This document shows, one piece after another, positions 1-8,805 of a stretch of DNA of 36,918 bases (within the stretch, counting starts at the first letter, position 1; each line of letters starts with the position of its first letter). The translations under genes and the position numbers were made by a program. The DNA comes from a virus. The notes beneath the pieces were generated by a model, which was not told where the DNA came from, made no database searches, and worked only from the letters and a program-made list of their open reading frames with translations. The DNA lies in IMG/VR virus record IMGVR_UViG_3300045988_098643, positions 1 through 36,918 of that record. One strand, given 5' to 3'.

Positions 1-16
1 CCTTTACTGTAACTAT

Positions 17-45
17 AGTATATCATAGTATTAATACTATGTCAA
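17..45 (-). promoter_or_regulatory. Sigma-A-type promoter with palindromic operator (copy B)
   Basis: Minus strand reads TTGACA (45..40), 17-nt spacer, TATACT (22..17). The spacer is filled by the perfect palindrome CATAGTATTAATACTATG (24..41). Near-identical to 35861..35889. If the contig is circular it sits upstream of the CDS starting at 36869. Confidence 0.6.
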
Positions 46-235
46 GCTTTTTTTAAGTTTTTTTAGATTTTTTCAAATTATTTTCAAAAATTCTTCCAAT
101 TTTAATTTATACCCTCCCATACACGTTTTATAAGCTTTTTTCACATTACCTATACAATTACACCACTACACATTAAAAAGCCTTATACATTCGGTCTGAT
201 AAGGTCATTTTCATTTGATAATTCAATTTACACAT

Positions 236-266
236 AAAAAAAGAGGATAGCCAAAAAGCTACCCTC
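236..266 (-). terminator. Intrinsic terminator ending the lysis operon
   Basis: Minus strand GAGGGTAGC-TTTTT-GGCTATCCTC followed by TTTTTTT. A second weaker hairpin (CCTTAT/ATAAGG, 181..204) lies just downstream. Confidence 0.7.
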
Positions 267-411
267 AGTGTAATAAAAAATAAGTTACAAAAAATGATTT
301 TAATCAATACTATAAATTGTTTTTCTTTTCAACATTCCTACAAAGCATATATAACATTTTTATTATATTATATAGCTAATCTTCTTAGTACATATTTATC
401 ACTAAAAGTGA

Positions 412-441
412 TTACTCAACTTTACTCAATTTTACTCAACT
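412..441. repeat. 3 x 10-bp tandem repeat TTACTCAAYT
   Basis: ttactcaact ttactcaatt ttactcaact lies directly downstream of the holin stop codon, next to the small hairpin ATCACT-AAA-AGTGAT (398..412). Confidence 0.8.
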
Positions 442-442
442 T

Positions 443-646
443 TTATTTTTCTTTATTATAATTAATCGTGCTTATACCTAATATAGTACCTAAAAATGTA
501 TCCACAGCAGCCATACAATACACAACCAAATCAATATGTTCATATCCTAATTTACCGCCAATACCACCTACAAGGGTAGTCAACGCAGGCAAAAAGATAA
601 TAGCTATCCATTTCAACACATCATAACTCTTGTTACTTAACTTCAT
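443..646 (-). CDS. Holin (small two-TM protein, Dp-1-like by eye)
   Basis: 67 aa with two hydrophobic helices (WIAIIFLPALTTLVGGIGG and LVVYCMAAVDTFLGTILGI). Immediately follows the endolysin gene. Confidence 0.7.
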   Translation of the reverse strand: MKLSNKSYDVLKWIAIIFLPALTTLVGGIGGKLGYEHIDLVVYCMAAVDTFLGTILGISTINYNKEK

Positions 647-647
647 C

Positions 648-1583
648 TTATTTCCTCACTAGAAACTTACTTCTATCTTTGTTAAAATCTTCTGCCTTAT
701 CAGTCGCTTTTACGTGATAAGTTGCATATCCAGTCAATCCGTAATTCTTGCCCTCAATCTTGCCTAGATGGTCTCCACCAACTGCGATTATCGTATCTCC
801 CGATTTTACCATCCTACCAAAATCATAGTTGTATGGTGCTGGTGCAAGTAATGCTTTGTGTTCTTGTGCTATAATATATGCTTTTTGGTATTCGTCGTCT
901 AAATAAGTTACAACTGTGTTTTTCACACTGTCTTTTTGTTCTTTAGTCAATTCCAACTTTGCCACTCCTTTCACTTCTGCTTTTGTTTGAGGTCTGCTTA
1001 TTTTTTTAAGTCCGTAAAACTCTGCTATTGTATCTGCTGTGGCTTGTGCAATCTCTTTTCGTTTTTCTACATACAACTTGCAGTCTTCTCTATTAGTGTG
1101 GAATACATGTTCAATCAACATTCCAAGCTTAGCCTTGTTGCTGTATAGTACACCATAGTAATTACTTCCCCCCGGACTTGTAGGCTGTACATAAAAGCGT
1201 TCTGGATTTCTTGTTCTCCATCTAACACCTCTGTTTTTAGTGCCGATTGCACGTGAGATATTAGCACATAAGTTTTTCATCAACTGAGGACTATTTGCAT
1301 TGATGTCTCCGTAAATCTCAATACCTCTTACACTGCTATTCGCCGCGTTTGAATGTAGTGATATAAACAAATCATATCCCTGCGCCTTGTTTCCTCTAGC
1401 TGACAATGACGGATTATCAGTTATGCTGTTCCTTGTAGTGCCTACATAAAATCCGTATTTTTCTAGTTCTCTTTTGAGTACAAGACTGTATTTATAGTTG
1501 TTGTCGCCCTCGTTTCCAATTACTGAGCCACGGTTAAAATTGCGACCTGCACCGTGCCCTGGATCTAACATTATTTTTATCAT
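648..1583 (-). CDS. Endolysin, N-acetylmuramoyl-L-alanine amidase (Amidase_3-like) with a C-terminal putative wall-binding domain
   Basis: N-terminus MIKIMLDPGHGAG...LFISLHSNA is typical of MurNAc-LAA amidases. Lies in the lysis cassette. Confidence 0.9.
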   Translation of the reverse strand: MIKIMLDPGHGAGRNFNRGSVIGNEGDNNYKYSLVLKRELEKYGFYVGTTRNSITDNPSLSARGNKAQGYDLFISLHSNAANSSVRGIEIYGDINANSPQLMKNLCANISRAIGTKNRGVRWRTRNPERFYVQPTSPGGSNYYGVLYSNKAKLGMLIEHVFHTNREDCKLYVEKRKEIAQATADTIAEFYGLKKISRPQTKAEVKGVAKLELTKEQKDSVKNTVVTYLDDEYQKAYIIAQEHKALLAPAPYNYDFGRMVKSGDTIIAVGGDHLGKIEGKNYGLTGYATYHVKATDKAEDFNKDRSKFLVRK

Positions 1584-1595
1584 AAATTACACCTC

Positions 1596-1919
1596 CTACT
1601 TCAAAAATGGAAACACGTATAAAAGAAGTGCTCCTATACCAATCCCAATCACCGTTTTAACTACATAGTTTTTCAAGTCTTTTATTTCTTCCAGTTGTTT
1701 TTTTCTTTCTTCATCTTTTGAATTGTAGATATCATCTAACTTTGATGATAATACGTTGAAATTAGACTCTGTTTGTTTTTCTATGTTGTCTAGTCCTTTT
1801 TTCATGTACTCATAATCCTTTTGCATTAGTTGAATTGAGTAGTCTTGTCGTGATAACTCAGATTGTAATTCAGTTATTTTACTACTGTTTTCTGAAATCA
1901 AACATCTTAAATCTTCCAT
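1596..1919 (-). CDS. XhlA-like lysis-associated membrane protein (coiled coil plus C-terminal TM)
   Basis: 107 aa with a coiled-coil N-terminus and C-terminal TM VIGIGIGALLLYVFPFL. Lies directly upstream of the amidase, as in PBSX-type cassettes. Confidence 0.45.
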   Translation of the reverse strand: MEDLRCLISENSSKITELQSELSRQDYSIQLMQKDYEYMKKGLDNIEKQTESNFNVLSSKLDDIYNSKDEERKKQLEEIKDLKNYVVKTVIGIGIGALLLYVFPFLK

Positions 1920-1930
1920 TTGTCCTCCTT

Positions 1931-2461
1931 TTAGATTAGTCTTTTTATATTTCCATTGATGTCTTTGAAGTACGCTTTGCTTAATTTTCTAACCACGTTT
2001 TGTGAGTCTTTGTAATATGCTTTTGTTAAAGTTTCGTTATTGAATTTTGCTTTTATTTCTGCAATTTTTTCTCTACGAATATACCACTTTCCGTCTTTTA
2101 TTCCGTTTGTTGGATATGTGTTTTCTTCTGCAACTATTGATTCTATTAGGTCACCGCGTGTTTTGCCTTTTGTTATTTGAATTTTTATTAATTTGAGATA
2201 ACCATATCCTTGTGAGCCACCTCCCAAAGAAAAACCTTCTGTGATTTTATAATAGTCATTATTTAATACGTAATAATAACCTTCTGAATTTTCTACGTTG
2301 ACATTACCGTAATAACTAAAATTCCCACTAGAACTATAAAATTTATATACAGACACTTGTCTAGTGTATTTGCTAAATCTTTCAGTTCTTTCTGTACCCG
2401 AAATAGTTTTCGTTGAGTAGTAATCAGCAATTTCATACACATCATACTTATACTTCGCCAT
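1931..2461 (-). CDS. Hypothetical tail/baseplate-associated protein
   Basis: 176-aa ORF packed tightly after the tail fibre gene. Coding-like composition. Confidence 0.6.
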   Translation of the reverse strand: MAKYKYDVYEIADYYSTKTISGTERTERFSKYTRQVSVYKFYSSSGNFSYYGNVNVENSEGYYYVLNNDYYKITEGFSLGGGSQGYGYLKLIKIQITKGKTRGDLIESIVAEENTYPTNGIKDGKWYIRREKIAEIKAKFNNETLTKAYYKDSQNVVRKLSKAYFKDINGNIKRLI

Positions 2462-2464
2462 GCT

Positions 2465-4564
2465 CTACTCCTTTTCAAAAATTAGCGTGTTTGGAGCTAT
2501 GCTTGATGTGCTTGCACCTTTTTCGATTATAGCTATGTTTTTAACGGTGTCACTGCCGACTTTTTTATCTATATGATTACTGAACATGAATCTTGCATAA
2601 GCCTCAACTCTTTCATCTAATTCATCTACAACATTTTTATCTGCTTTCTCATCAACATTAGCTTGTACATTAGCTAAATCATTATTCCTAGCCTTTTGTG
2701 CAAGTTCGTTTTGCAAACCCTTAACATCACTTATGCTGTGTGTGTGAGATTTATCTGCTTTTTTATCTAACGCTGTAGATACGCTTGAAATACTTCTTGA
2801 GTTATCATTTAATAAGTCTCTCATGGTGTCCATTAACGCTGCGCCCATGCCGATTTTTGAATCAAGGGAATTACAAGTCTTAGTAAATTCATTAACACTT
2901 TCATCAAAACTTTTCTTAGATATAGCCGTATTTTCTCCATCTACATCAATTTTAACAATCCCTGCCGTCTTGCTTGTCGCTGCTTCGACTTTAAAATTAT
3001 CAACTTTTTCTGTTAGTTCTGTAGATAGCTTATCAATATCCTCTTTACTAGCTTTTGTACTTAATACCGATTTTAAATCAGTAATATCATCTGTTGTGTG
3101 TGTATGTTCTTTATCTGCTTTATTTTCACGTACATTATTTAAATTATCTTCAAAATATTTGTATGTGTTTCCTACTTTAATCATTGTTTCATCATGCGTC
3201 TTTTTCGATACAGCCATACTTTCGCCGTCTACATCAATTCTGACAATCCCTGCGACTGTACTTGTCGCCGTTGGAATAACTCCTTGCATCGTTTTATCCC
3301 AACCCTCGAACTTTCCAGCTCTGTCGCTTTCAGCTTTTGCTCTTTGTTTTTCTGCTTCAACACGATCACTTTCTTGTTGTTGTCTTGTGTTCTCATTTGA
3401 TTGACGTGTTTGTTCAGCGTTTTGTCGTTCAGTCTCTTTTGATGTTCTAGTTTTTTCAGATTCTTCTCTTGTTGTCTCCGATGTCGCTCTTTTGCTTTCT
3501 GCGTCAGCTCTTTGTTGTTCTTGTTCTTGTCTAGTGCTTTCGTGACTTGTTCTTGTGTCTTCTGATTTCTTTCTTGTGTCTTCTTGTGACTGTCTAAGTT
3601 TTTCTGCTTCAACTCTTTGTTGTTCTTGCGTTTGTCTAGTAGCTTCGTTTTGTTGTCTCCGTTCTTCGTTTTTGCTGTATTTTGTATCATTTTCAGCACG
3701 TGCCTTTTCTGCACTTATTCTTTTGTTTTCATTCTCTATTCTGATTTTTTCTGCATTATCTCTTTTTGTTTCCTCAGAATTTCTACTTGTTTCTGCAGTT
3801 ATTCTTTTTTGTTCGTCTGACTTTCTTGTACTTTCGTCTGCTTGGCGTTGAGTTTCGTTTGATTCACGTGTGCTCTCTTTTTGTTGACGTGCAGTCTCAT
3901 TTGATTGTCGTGTACTTTCGTTTGATTGTCTAGTTTTTTCTTGTGATGCTCTTGTATTTTCAGCACTCACTCTTTTCTTTTCCGCTTCAACTCTTGCGTT
4001 TTCTGTACTCAGTACGTCTTTCAATCCGTCTCTGATTTGTACTACTTCTGTATGCTTTTCTGCGATTTTACTTTCTACTGCTTCTTGTCTGACTAGACTT
4101 TCTTCAAATTTTCTTGATTGTTCATCTGCTCTGTCTAGTGCATCTTGCAGTTTTCCAAAGTCTACAACAAGGTCTTTTCCTACATTTCCGCCGTTTGCGA
4201 TACTTCTATAAACATCAACTTCTTTGATACGTGATTGTATCAAAGCATTTTTGCCCTCAAAAAGTGCAAGTTGTAGTTGTAGTTTTCCAGACTTACTAGC
4301 CATATCTGTTGATATATACACTTTGTAGAAGTCACCGTCTATTGTGCCTTTTGTGAAAAAAGACTTGTCGGGATAATTTGAATTTATCCCATAAAGTCGC
4401 ATTTCGTAGTTGCTTGATGCTTTGATTATTTCTCCGTTATTTGTGCTTACAAGTACTTTAAATCCACGTGTTTTTGTATCTCCTTGGACAATTGTGATGT
4501 CTTGTAAGTCGTTGCTATCAAAGTCAAGCACTAAATCTTTTAGTCCTATTTCGTCAAATCTCAT
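2465..4564 (-). CDS. Tail fibre / baseplate upper protein (BppU-like N-terminus, long heptad coiled coil, duplicated distal modules)
   Basis: N-terminus has DITIVQGDTKTRGFKV, about 33 heptads of ExxRxxx follow, and the motifs AGIV(R/K)IDVDGE and KADK(E/S)HTH are each duplicated. Confidence 0.8.
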   Translation of the reverse strand: MRFDEIGLKDLVLDFDSNDLQDITIVQGDTKTRGFKVLVSTNNGEIIKASSNYEMRLYGINSNYPDKSFFTKGTIDGDFYKVYISTDMASKSGKLQLQLALFEGKNALIQSRIKEVDVYRSIANGGNVGKDLVVDFGKLQDALDRADEQSRKFEESLVRQEAVESKIAEKHTEVVQIRDGLKDVLSTENARVEAEKKRVSAENTRASQEKTRQSNESTRQSNETARQQKESTRESNETQRQADESTRKSDEQKRITAETSRNSEETKRDNAEKIRIENENKRISAEKARAENDTKYSKNEERRQQNEATRQTQEQQRVEAEKLRQSQEDTRKKSEDTRTSHESTRQEQEQQRADAESKRATSETTREESEKTRTSKETERQNAEQTRQSNENTRQQQESDRVEAEKQRAKAESDRAGKFEGWDKTMQGVIPTATSTVAGIVRIDVDGESMAVSKKTHDETMIKVGNTYKYFEDNLNNVRENKADKEHTHTTDDITDLKSVLSTKASKEDIDKLSTELTEKVDNFKVEAATSKTAGIVKIDVDGENTAISKKSFDESVNEFTKTCNSLDSKIGMGAALMDTMRDLLNDNSRSISSVSTALDKKADKSHTHSISDVKGLQNELAQKARNNDLANVQANVDEKADKNVVDELDERVEAYARFMFSNHIDKKVGSDTVKNIAIIEKGASTSSIAPNTLIFEKE

Positions 4565-4567
4565 AAT

Positions 4568-4729
4568 TTACACCTCTTGCTTTTCTTCTGCTTTAAGTGA
4601 TTTCAAGTATTCAACATAAGCAATAACTCTTTGTTTGAAATTCAATCTATTCCCGATTTGCTCAATCTTAACTTCTCCCGATATCACTTTTTCAGCAAGC
4701 ATTTTGACTAATACCGATTTCTCTTTCAT
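4568..4729 (-). CDS. Small hypothetical protein (53 aa)
   Basis: Hand translation gives MKEKSVLVKMLAEKVISGEVKIEQIGNRL...EEKQEV. RBS AAGGGGGA lies upstream and the ORF fills the gap between two tail genes. Below the ORF-track cutoff. Confidence 0.5.
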   Translation of the reverse strand: MKEKSVLVKMLAEKVISGEVKIEQIGNRLNFKQRVIAYVEYLKSLKAEEKQEV

Positions 4730-4742
4730 TGTGAATCCCCCT

Positions 4743-5114
4743 TTACGCTTGTGGTTCTTCTGCTTTTTCTTCCTCGTTTGTAAACATGAGTAATAACTCT
4801 GTTACTTGATTTTCAAGTGCTGTTATTCTTTCATCTTTTTCTTTGATTTGTGCTTCTAGTTCGCTTTTGACTTCCGTTACAGCTATACTGCCTTTTCCCT
4901 CATCTTCTTCTGTCAACACTTTTGCTAATTCTTCTAAAACAAGCAAGTGTGCTGTTTGATTAAAAAAAGCTTCTTGACCTTTTTTTGCATCTGTTGCAAT
5001 ACTTCCACTTAAAAATACTTTTCTATCTGCCGATTCTAATTCAAATCCGATTCCTATTTCGTTTCCTGGTCTGAAATTTGTTCCATTGATTCTAATATCT
5101 AAATTTTGTTTCAT
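4743..5114 (-). CDS. Hypothetical tail-associated protein with C-terminal coiled coil
   Basis: The likely start is MKQNLDIRING (ATG at 5114 after AAAGGAAAAACAA). The longer track ORF would overlap the upstream gene. Confidence 0.65.
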   Translation of the reverse strand: MKQNLDIRINGTNFRPGNEIGIGFELESADRKVFLSGSIATDAKKGQEAFFNQTAHLLVLEELAKVLTEEDEGKGSIAVTEVKSELEAQIKEKDERITALENQVTELLLMFTNEEEKAEEPQA

Positions 5115-5128
5115 TTGTTTTTCCTTTC

Positions 5129-7948
5129 TTAACTCCAACTTAAAGTTCCGTCTGTATTAAAAATTATTGTTTTATTGCTCACAGTTATTCTGTTGCAATA
5201 TAAAATCCCTTCACAATCGAAGTTCGTATTGCAAGATACTCCGTGGCTTACATTTCTTATTTTTCGATAGCCTCCACTGTCAAGATACAGCCCACCTGCA
5301 TTGAGTTCGTAGAAATATCCAGCTCCAACAGCAGCAACTGTTCCGTCGATTTTAACTTCCCCACGACCACCTGTATCTCGTATCTTCACATATCCTGAAT
5401 TCGCTCCAAAATTTGCTGAAGTACCGTTAAATCGTGCAGTACTACCATAACCATTCACACCACTAGTAAATCCATTTCCATTGAATGTTCCTCTCGTGAT
5501 GTTACTTGCGTTCAAATTATCAACATTGATGTATTGTGCATTTATTGTTCCGCCATTGATTTTGTCCGCACTCAGACTACTGATTTTCGCACTTGTAATT
5601 GCTGCATCTTGTATTTCAGCTGTACCTATTGCTCCGTATCCGATTTTTGCATTTGTAATCGAAGCGTCTTTGATTTTCGCACTTGTAATTGCTGCATCTT
5701 GTATTTCAGCTGTACCTATTGCTCCGTATCCGATTTTTGCATTTGTAATCGAAGCGTCTTTGATTTTCGCATTCGTAATTGCACCGTCTTTGATTTCAGC
5801 ACTATCGATAGCTCCATAACCAATCTTTGCATTTGTAATTGCTCCATTTTCAATCTTCGCGTTTGTTATAGCACCGTCTTGTATTTCAGCTTTTCCAATC
5901 GCACCTGTACCGATTTTCGCATTAGTTATTGAGCCGTTCGCAATCTTCGCATTCGTGATTTCTCCGTCTTCGATTTTTGTCCTGTCTATCGCCGCATTTG
6001 CTATCTTCGCGTTTGTTATTTCTCCATCTTTGATTTTTGCTCTGTCTATTGCACTGTTTGCTATCTTTATGTTTGTGACAGCACCATTCTCTATCTTTGC
6101 ATTTGTAATAGCAGCGTTTTGAATGTGCACTCCTCGCACCGCATTTTGTGCGATTTTATCGCCGTCGATTGCATCATCTTGTATTTTTGAATTGCTTATA
6201 GCTCCACTCTGAATCTTTGAATTACTAACTGCATTGTCTTTCAACTTTGTATTATCGACTGCACCATTTCCGATTTTTGTGTTTGATACTGCACCGTCTT
6301 TGATTTTGTCATTCGTGATTGCTCCATCTTTGATTTTGCTTTCAGATACTGTACCTGTAATGATTTTGTCGCCATCGATTTTGTCAATGGATGTGCCGTC
6401 TACAATACTTCTTCCGTCAACTGATTTGATGATATCGCCGAAGTTGAATTCGCCTGTATCCAAATTCAGAAAACTTTTTGCGTTTTTGTCTTGTAGAATT
6501 CCTGTACGGACTAGGTTGGCGTTGAGTGTTCCAGAGTTTATCACGTCTGCAACAATACCCTCTCCAGTCGCCCACGTAGTCCAATCAAAAGTTCCGTCTG
6601 CACGTTTTCGATTTGATATAGCGACTTTTCCTGCACCTATCCAAATCCCTTTTGTTGGATTCTTGTCGATTGGTCTGTTGAATGTGTACAGACCTGGAGC
6701 AAGGTTATACTTGTTTCCACGCTTTAAATCGTATTTATACGCATCATCGTCAAACATCGACTTTTCTAGTTCATTTCTCATTTGCCCTAGATTAATCGTC
6801 ATCGACGTCTGCACTTCATCTTTCAGATTATCAATCTTCGACTCAATCAACTTCCCATAATCGACTTTTGCAATACTCAAATTATCGCCAAGTGTAACCT
6901 CTGAATTTTCTCTAGTTATCAGATTTCTTTTTATCTTGAACACTCTCGAACGATACTGCACATCTATATCTTTTCTAATTATGATTATAGAATCTCCAAG
7001 CTCCACTTCTCCGCTATCTCCAATCGTTGTTGATAGCTGCACCTTTGGTCTGCAGTTTTCAACCAACGTTTCATAAGCTTTTTGGATTAGTATGTTAGGG
7101 TCTTCGATTTCATCAAACACAACAATTTTATATCGTGCTTTTCCATCTGAAAATCCGTGTTGTAGTGTCATTTCAGGAATTTCTAAATAATCTTTTCCTT
7201 TAGCTTTATTGAGTGGATTTCCCTTTGATTTGCTCCACTCAATATCCGTTATCTGTATTCTTCTACCAAAACCGCCTGTCGCGTTTCCGTCTTCGTCGTA
7301 TTTTTCCTCGCCCTTACCACGTGGAACAATTGCCGTGAATACATTTTGTCTATCTATTTCCTTGTCTACATTTATGGCTTTATGTCCGTAAACATATCTA
7401 TTGTGCGTTACTTTTCCTCTTTTTTCGTAAACGTCCACATATCTTTTCGTTATTTTGTTTTCTGAAAATACCAGTCTGAAACCAAGCTCAACCTGAAAAC
7501 TTTCAATAAGTTTTGTCAATGCCTCAGCTCTAGTATTATCGTATAACATCAAATTAGCGTTTTTGTTTGTCAGTACTTTTCCGATTTCCCATCTACTGCC
7601 ATTAAGCACCTTGCCTAACGCAGTCGATACCGATGCATTTGTCAGCCTTTCTTCTCTGATATATCCGTAAAACATCATTTCATCATACACAACGTGTACA
7701 GCTGTTATTGATATTCCCTCTTCTGCAGTCTTTATGCTTACGATTTTATACAGTTGAAACGCCGTGTCGTCTGCTTGGTCTTTGTGTCCGATGTAAATTA
7801 CATCTTTCAACTTTTTAAACATATCCATTTCCACGACAACTTCCAATGTCATCGTCTCAGATAATCCCTCAGTTTGTTCCGCCGATATTACACTATCTTT
7901 GTATATTATGTCTGTTAGTTTTTCGTTTGCATCAAATAAATAAAACAC
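5129..7948 (-). CDS. Tail-associated lysin/Tal-like minor structural protein (prophage endopeptidase tail type) with a long 10-residue repeat domain
   Basis: 939 aa, positioned after Dit. The N-terminal part looks like a phage minor structural protein. The C-terminal half carries roughly 28 decapeptide repeats (G-A-I-T-N-A-K-I-x-D). Confidence 0.85.
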   Translation of the reverse strand: MFYLFDANEKLTDIIYKDSVISAEQTEGLSETMTLEVVVEMDMFKKLKDVIYIGHKDQADDTAFQLYKIVSIKTAEEGISITAVHVVYDEMMFYGYIREERLTNASVSTALGKVLNGSRWEIGKVLTNKNANLMLYDNTRAEALTKLIESFQVELGFRLVFSENKITKRYVDVYEKRGKVTHNRYVYGHKAINVDKEIDRQNVFTAIVPRGKGEEKYDEDGNATGGFGRRIQITDIEWSKSKGNPLNKAKGKDYLEIPEMTLQHGFSDGKARYKIVVFDEIEDPNILIQKAYETLVENCRPKVQLSTTIGDSGEVELGDSIIIIRKDIDVQYRSRVFKIKRNLITRENSEVTLGDNLSIAKVDYGKLIESKIDNLKDEVQTSMTINLGQMRNELEKSMFDDDAYKYDLKRGNKYNLAPGLYTFNRPIDKNPTKGIWIGAGKVAISNRKRADGTFDWTTWATGEGIVADVINSGTLNANLVRTGILQDKNAKSFLNLDTGEFNFGDIIKSVDGRSIVDGTSIDKIDGDKIITGTVSESKIKDGAITNDKIKDGAVSNTKIGNGAVDNTKLKDNAVSNSKIQSGAISNSKIQDDAIDGDKIAQNAVRGVHIQNAAITNAKIENGAVTNIKIANSAIDRAKIKDGEITNAKIANAAIDRTKIEDGEITNAKIANGSITNAKIGTGAIGKAEIQDGAITNAKIENGAITNAKIGYGAIDSAEIKDGAITNAKIKDASITNAKIGYGAIGTAEIQDAAITSAKIKDASITNAKIGYGAIGTAEIQDAAITSAKISSLSADKINGGTINAQYINVDNLNASNITRGTFNGNGFTSGVNGYGSTARFNGTSANFGANSGYVKIRDTGGRGEVKIDGTVAAVGAGYFYELNAGGLYLDSGGYRKIRNVSHGVSCNTNFDCEGILYCNRITVSNKTIIFNTDGTLSWS
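5581..5760. repeat. Exact 2 x 90-bp tandem duplication inside the Tal repeat domain
   Basis: 5581..5670 is identical base for base to 5671..5760. Each copy encodes KIKDASITNAKIGYGAIGTAEIQDAAITSA. Confidence 0.95.
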
Positions 7949-8797
7949 CTACAGCACCTTCTCCCTGAAATACACCTCAGTATTTTTGTATGAATTTGAG
8001 TACAGCTCATCTCTGTAATTTACCGCGAAATCCTCAAAATCAGAAAATATATCTAATTTATCTATCAAATTCTTACCGCTTGTATCTCTTACTTCTCCGT
8101 TTTTTATATCAAGCACGACGTCAATAACCTCGTGATTTGGATTATTAATCTTGATAAATGTTCCAGAAGTGATATTTTTAATCATCAAATTATCCATATC
8201 TTTAGAAATAAATGACCTTATTTCTTCTACGTCCGATTCATACTTGCCGATGTAGTTAAATTCTTTTTGCGTTCTAGGTTCAATAATAAATTTTTTTAAC
8301 GTCTTTCTGTACTTGTAAGGGTCTATACATTCAAACGTAAAATTTGATATAAAATTAAATTTATTTGCTTCTAACTCATTGAAATTAGATAACGTGCCGA
8401 TATAATAAAAATCTCCATCATCAGAAAAAGAAATCTGCACTTGCTCACGATTTGCGTAATATATCAAGTCGTTAAATCGTCTCAGTATTTCTTGCTCCGT
8501 TTGACACTCCAACAAATATTCAATCGTTAGAGTTCTAGACGGCAACGAAGAAAAACCAAACTTATTAGTCTGCACGGCTTTTCTTCTACCTCTAATCGAC
8601 GTTTTATTATTAATTTTGCTTATTTGATAGTTAGAGGTACTAATATTTCTACCGATAATCTCTCGCCCATACACATTCAAGGTCGTATACCCTGGAACAA
8701 CTCTGTCTAGATTAGTTCCATCAATAAAAACATCGATTATGTTTTCACGCTCAGGTGCTGTCTCATTGATATCTACAAATTTATATATTTTTTTCAC
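7949..8797 (-). CDS. Distal tail protein (Dit)
   Basis: 282 aa, lying between the tape measure and Tal genes (conserved synteny). Confidence 0.7.
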   Translation of the reverse strand: MKKIYKFVDINETAPERENIIDVFIDGTNLDRVVPGYTTLNVYGREIIGRNISTSNYQISKINNKTSIRGRRKAVQTNKFGFSSLPSRTLTIEYLLECQTEQEILRRFNDLIYYANREQVQISFSDDGDFYYIGTLSNFNELEANKFNFISNFTFECIDPYKYRKTLKKFIIEPRTQKEFNYIGKYESDVEEIRSFISKDMDNLMIKNITSGTFIKINNPNHEVIDVVLDIKNGEVRDTSGKNLIDKLDIFSDFEDFAVNYRDELYSNSYKNTEVYFREKVL

Positions 8798-8805
8798 ACC
8801 ATCAC

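Noticed and set aside
68-80. 11-nt match TTTTCAAATTA between 70..80 and 34850..34860, considered as a possible attL/attR core
   Set aside because: The match is too short for AT-rich DNA. The circular-closure explanation of the window ends makes an internal attL/attR pair unnecessary.
294-461. 55-aa hydrophobic plus-strand ORF (MILINTINCFSFQHS...) as a possible type I toxin
   Set aside because: It has no RBS, overlaps the holin 3' end and the tandem repeats, and its composition is what AT-rich non-coding DNA yields by chance.
2823-3851. Several ORFs in other frames of the tail fibre region (plus-strand 2823..3404, 3194..3400, 3555..3851, 3617..3820, and minus-strand 3229..3714)
   Set aside because: These are artefacts of the stop-poor heptad-repeat DNA. 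The translations are low complexity and lie wholly inside the 2465..4564 CDS.
5481-6860. Plus-strand ORFs 5481..5819, 5534..5932 and 6234..6860. The periodic 30-nt DNA repeats could also be taken for a CRISPR array.
   Set aside because: The ORFs are antisense to the Tal decapeptide-repeat region. The periodicity is in frame with coding and there are no unique spacers.
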